DNA of 64,000 nt from contig NIVC01002020.1 of NCBI GenBank assembly GCA_002269645.1, forward strand, positions 62,001 to 126,000, written 5' to 3'. Origin of the DNA: Macrostomum lignano. Lineage: Eukaryota. The first letter of the stretch is position 1. Each line of letters begins with the position of its first letter. A model generated the notes under the pieces. The model saw nothing but the letters and a program-made list of their open reading frames with translations, did no database searches and was not told where the DNA came from. Both the position numbers and the translations under genes were made by a program. Positions 59,448 to 64,000 of this stretch are shown piece by piece.

Positions 59448-60043
59448 GTGAGCACTCGGCAGACTCAGTCACTCCACCGAGGTCAGGCTCCATCCAGTAC
59501 AGCTAGAGTGAGCACTCGGCAGACTCAGTCACTCCACCGAGGTCAGGCTCCATCCAGTACAGCTAGAGTGAGCACTCGGCAGACTCAGTCACTCCACCGA
59601 GGTCAGGCTCCATCCAGTACAGCTAGAGTGAGCACTCGGCAGACTCAGTCACTCCACCGAGGTCAGGCTCCATCCAGTACAGCTAGAGTGAGCACTCGGC
59701 AGACTCAGTCACTCCACCGAGGTCAGGCTCTATCCAGTACAGCTAGAGTGAGCACTCGGCAGACTCAGTCACTCCACCGAGGTCAGGCTCCATCCAGTAC
59801 AGCTAGAGTGAGCACTCGGCAGACTCAGTCACTCCACCGAGGTCAGGCTCCATCCAGTACAGCTAGAGTGAGCACTCGGCAGACTCAGTCACTCCACCGA
59901 GGTCAGGCTCCATCCAGTACAGCTAGAGTGAGCACTCGGCAGACTCAGTCACTCCACCGAGGTCAGGCTCCATCCAGTACAGCTAGAGTGAGCACTCGGC
60001 AGACTCAGTCACTCCACCGAGGTCAGGCTCCAGTACAGCTAGA
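59448..60043. repeat. 60-bp tandem repeat x10, almost perfectly homogeneous; last unit has a 4-bp deletion
   Basis: Directly visible. Confidence 0.98.
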
Positions 60044-60052
60044 GACAGAATC

Positions 60053-60380
60053 ATGCGCCGCACCCTCATGCTGGATGACATCTGCCGGCGTTTGCAATTG
60101 TCGCGAACTGACACACCGGAAGGTGTTGTCGGTGAGGCGACGCCTCAGCCGCCGCCAGCTGGGTCGCCTTCAACTGAATCTCTGCCGCCCCCGGAGTGCA
60201 AAAGGAAGCGACTCGACAATCTGGGCAGCTCCGACAAAGCCGACGTCCAAGACGAATGGGATGAAGATCAGCCGCTGAATCTGTGCACTAGGGAGCAGGA
60301 GGCGGTGGACTTGACTAGTTGTCATGGCAACAGCGGCGTCGGCGGCGGCGGCGGTGACAGCCTCAGCAGCGCAGGCAGTG
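60053..60380 (+). CDS. Probable coding exon of a nuclear/transcription-repressor-like protein; downstream exons not identified
   Basis: GC-rich ORF 'MRRTLMLDDICRRLQL...KRKRLD...DQPLNLC...AVDLTS', with acceptor TACAG at 60038 and donor G|GTGAGA at 60381. Confidence 0.55.
60318..60331. promoter_or_regulatory. RFX X-box-like motif GTTGTCATGGCAAC inside the putative exon
   Basis: Matches the X-box consensus GTTGYCATGGCAAC; function untested. Confidence 0.4.
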
Positions 60381-60409
60381 GTGAGAACTGTTATTATCTT
60401 GTGTGATTC

Positions 60410-62232
60410 TCATAGATGATTCTCAAATCTGTGGTTTCTCATCCAAGATTTTTCTCATATTAATTATTCTCATATTAATGATTCTCATGTCGACGATGAT
60501 TCTCATATAAAATTTAAATGATTCTCATATGCTAGTTTGATGATTCTCATATACGAGTTTGATGATTCTCATATGCTAATTTGATGATTCTCATATGCTA
60601 GTTTGATGATTCTCATATAGGAGTTTGATGATTCTCATATAGGAGTTTGATGATTCTCATATGCTAGTTTGATGATTCTCATATAGAAGTTTGATGATTC
60701 CCATATAGGAGTTTGATGATTCTCATATGCTAGTTTGATGATTCTCATATGCGAGTCTGATGATTCTCATATAGGAGTTTGATGATTCCCATATAGGAGT
60801 TTGATGATTCTCATATAGGAGTTTGATGATTCTCATATAGGAGTTTGATGATTCTCATATGCTAGTTTGATGATTCTCATATAGAAGTTTGATGATTCCC
60901 ATATAGGAGTTTGATGATTCTCATATGCTAGTTTGATGATTCTCATATGCGAGTCTGATGATTCTCATATGCTAGTTTGATGATTCTCATATAGGAGTTT
61001 GATGATTCTCATATAGGAGTTTGATGATTCTCATATAGGAGTTTGATGATTCCCATATAGGAGTTTGATGATTCTCATATAGGAGTTTGATGATTCTCAT
61101 ATGCTAGTTTGATGATTCTCATATGCTAGTTTGATGATTCTCATATGCTAGTTGATGATTCTCATATAGGAGTTTGATGATTCTCATATAGGAGTTTGAT
61201 GATTCTCATATAGGAGTTTGATGATTCTCATATAGGAGTTTGATGATTCTCATATACGAGTTTGATGATTCTCATATGCTAGTTTGATGATTCTCATATG
61301 CTAGTTTGATGATTCTCATATGCTAGTTGATGATTCTCATATAGGAGTTTGATGATTCTCATATAGGAGTTTGATGATTCTCATATAGGAGTTTGATGAT
61401 TCTCATATAGGAGTTTGATGATTCTCATATAGGAGTTTGATGATTCTCATATACGAGTTTGATGATTCTCATATGCTAGTTTGATGATTCTCATATGCTA
61501 GTTTGATGATTCTAATATGCTAGTTTGATGATTCTCATATACGAGTTTGATGATTCTCATATGCTAGTTTGATGATTCTCATATGCTAGTTTGATGATTC
61601 TCATATGCTAGTTTGATGATTCTCATATGCTAGTTTGATGATTCTCATATAGAAGTTTGATGATTCTCATATGCTAGTTTGATGATTCTCATATAGGAGT
61701 TTGATGATTCTCATATGCTAGTTTGATGATTCCCATATACGAGTTTGATGATTCCCATATACGAGTTTGATGATTCTCATATGCTAGTTTGATGATTCTC
61801 ATATGCTAGTTTGATGATTCTCATATGCTAGTTTGATGATTCTCATTTGATGATTCTCATATACAAGTTTGATGATTCTCCTATAGGAGTTTGATGATTC
61901 TCATATGCTAGTTTGATGATTCTCATATGCTAGTTTGATGATTCTCATATGCTAGTTTGATGATTTCCATATACGAGTTTGATGATTCTCATATGCTAGT
62001 TTGATGATTCCCATATACGAGTTTGATGATTCTCATATGCTAGTTTGATGATTCTCATTTGATGATTCTCATATACAAGTTTGATGATTCTCATATAGGA
62101 GTTTGATGATTCTCATATGCTAGTTTGATGATTCTCATATGCTAGTTTGATGATTCTCATATGCTAGTTTGATGATTCTCATATGCTAGTTTGATGATTC
62201 TCATATGCTAGTTTGATGATTCTCATATACGA
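60410..62232. repeat. 22-bp minisatellite (gtttgatgattctcatat + gcta/agga/acga variants)
   Basis: Directly visible. Confidence 0.97.
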
Positions 62233-62704
62233 GTTAGACAATTCGAAGTAGTTGCCATGGCGCCACCAAATGCCTTCCGCAGTCGCAGAGAGCGAAGCAG
62301 TCTTCGTAGCATGAAATGTGAAATTCTAATAATTGTCAGATCGGCCATGGCAGAGAAAAGAGAGAGATAGAGAGAAAGAGAGAGAGGTGGATCTGCACTG
62401 AACCTCCTTCAATGGAATCTACTGGTAAGGCAGCATAAAAGAGGCGTGCTTTTCTGCATGGGGCAAAATTTTACTATAAAAAAGTTTGCGCCACCAACCC
62501 CTACCCCCTACGGGCCACCGCAATCGAGTTGAGATCGATTTATAAAATTTACAATTGAGAGGCTCTTTTTGAGGGGAAATTTTTTGGCCCAGGACAGCTA
62601 AAAGTGGAACTTGGAATTGAGTGACTCTCTTCCCTAAGACTGGGGGTTCTTGAACAATTTTTTTGACATTAAAGCTGTTTTAGTTTTCTTGTAACTGAAA
62701 GAGA

Positions 62705-63172
62705 CAGGGGCGCGCCAACCAAGAGATTGGGGGCGCCAACCAAGAGATTGGGGGCGCCAACCAAGAGATTGGGGGCGCCAAACAAGAGACAGGCGGCGCC
62801 AACCAAGAGACTGGGGGCACCAACCAAGACACTGGGGGCACCAAACAAGAGACAGGCGGCGCCAACCAAGAGACTGGGGGCACCAACCAAGACACTGGGG
62901 GCGCCAACCAAGAGACAGGCGGCGCCAACCAAGAGACTGGGGCGCCAAACAAGACACTGGGGCGCCAAACAAGAGACAGGCGGCGCCAAACAAGAGACAG
63001 GCGGCGCCAACCTAGAGACTGGGGGCGCCAACCAAGAGATTGGGGGCGCCAAACAAGAGACTGGGGGTACCAACCAAGAGACAGGCAGCCAACCAAGAGA
63101 CAGACGGCGCCAATCAAGACACCAAATATTGGCGCCACTCAGGGTATTTAAAACTCCTGGAGCGCCACTGAC
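62705..63172. repeat. 21-23-bp repeat array (ggcgccaaccaagagactggg) ending in a TIR-like GGAGCGCCACTG; probably the internal array of a MITE
   Basis: Array directly visible; the partner TIR was not found. Confidence 0.75.
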
Positions 63173-64000
63173 TCCAGACTTTATAGTTCCAGATCTCCTT
63201 GGACGGATAAACAGGAAAAATAGCCAAGGCAAAAAACTGCTTTGCAGAAGGGATAAAGGGATATAAGAATATTTGTGGCTGAATATTCCGCCAAACAGAA
63301 GGCCACAAGCCAGCAAGTTGTTGAGCTCCGGAGAATCGAGAGGTTGGTCAAGCACTGGACAGGAAAACAGCTTATTTAAGACTGCCTTTTTTGAAAGAAA
63401 ACAGAGCAACCCCTTGGCCGCGCACAATGCGAGAGAGAGACAGCTAAAAGCAGCTGCAAATTTTCAGTTCTCCCCTTCTTCAAGACTAAACTTGCTTTTA
63501 TTTTTTTTCTTAGCTAGGCATAAAATTCTGCGCGGGGATCAGGGACTATCGGTATTTTACTGTGGGATTAAAGCATTGATATTGTGCTGTGCGATTCAAG
63601 CCTCTCTACCTATTCTAGTTGATGCTAAAGAATAGATCTCTCTGTGTGTGTGCAGTTCCTGCTCAAGTGAGATGAGCCTCTCAGAAGGAGCTCACCTCCA
63701 AGACTTCATTATGACCGCGCCGGGCTCAGAGCGGAAGGGTTGCCCCACTGGCCCTGCTAAGACAGCCGTGTCACCCACTGCCGCACGGACCCCCCGTGGA
63801 ATCAATTTTAGTGCGAGATTTTGCCATTGAAAATCTGCAATGAACCCACCGGCTGGGCCACTCTGGCCCGTGATTGATTTTTCAAGTCTTTTCAGTCGCA
63901 AAAAGGCCCCAAAAAAGAAGAAGTATTATTAAGCTGCAAGGCGCTGGCTCACCAAAAAGATTTTATTGCCCAAAGCTAGCCCATTAAAAGTGATGGCTAG

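Noticed and set aside
59388-60278. 296-aa ORF with 20-aa repeats
   Set aside because: A 60-bp unit keeps one frame open trivially; the protein-like sequence after the array is in another frame (60053).
62257-62430. Short ORF ending at a donor-like G|GTAAGG
   Set aside because: Includes a GA microsatellite; no homology or linkable exon.
63648-63935. Short ORFs at the window end
   Set aside because: No recognisable motif; no frame is convincingly coding.

Overview
Eukaryotic, intron-containing and very repeat-rich window. GC/CAG-rich exons separated by introns filled with simple repeats and minisatellites suggest a free-living flatworm such as Macrostomum (inference only). Most long ORFs in the supplied track are translations of tandem repeats. 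Manual splicing (GT-AG, phase-checked) gives these genes: 3' end of a class A peptide GPCR, a divergent CHTOP-like gene, a 3-exon innexin, a small secreted 6-Cys protein, BBIP1, an unrecognised protein with a SUMO-like domain, an ANKUB1-like gene, an atypical Rab-like GTPase (DTAGV, CaaX), a DDAH-like probable pseudoenzyme, a 7-exon LRRC23 with two apparent 1-nt deletions, a secreted Cys-rich/LamG-like protein with a probable frameshift, and an exon with CtBP-type motifs. Mobile DNA includes two tRNA-derived SINE families (one with a CORE-like domain, 6 copies), several hAT-type non-autonomous elements with 8-bp TSDs, a decayed mariner and a LINE remnant. The most unusual signals are near-perfect RFX X-boxes inside coding exons, a 60-bp array in which each unit looks like a GT..AG mini-intron plus a 5-nt spacer, an intronic satellite repeating a consensus 5' splice site dozens of times, and acceptor-like AGs just upstream of most start codons. 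Homologue sequences used for comparison are recalled from memory; no database searches were run.
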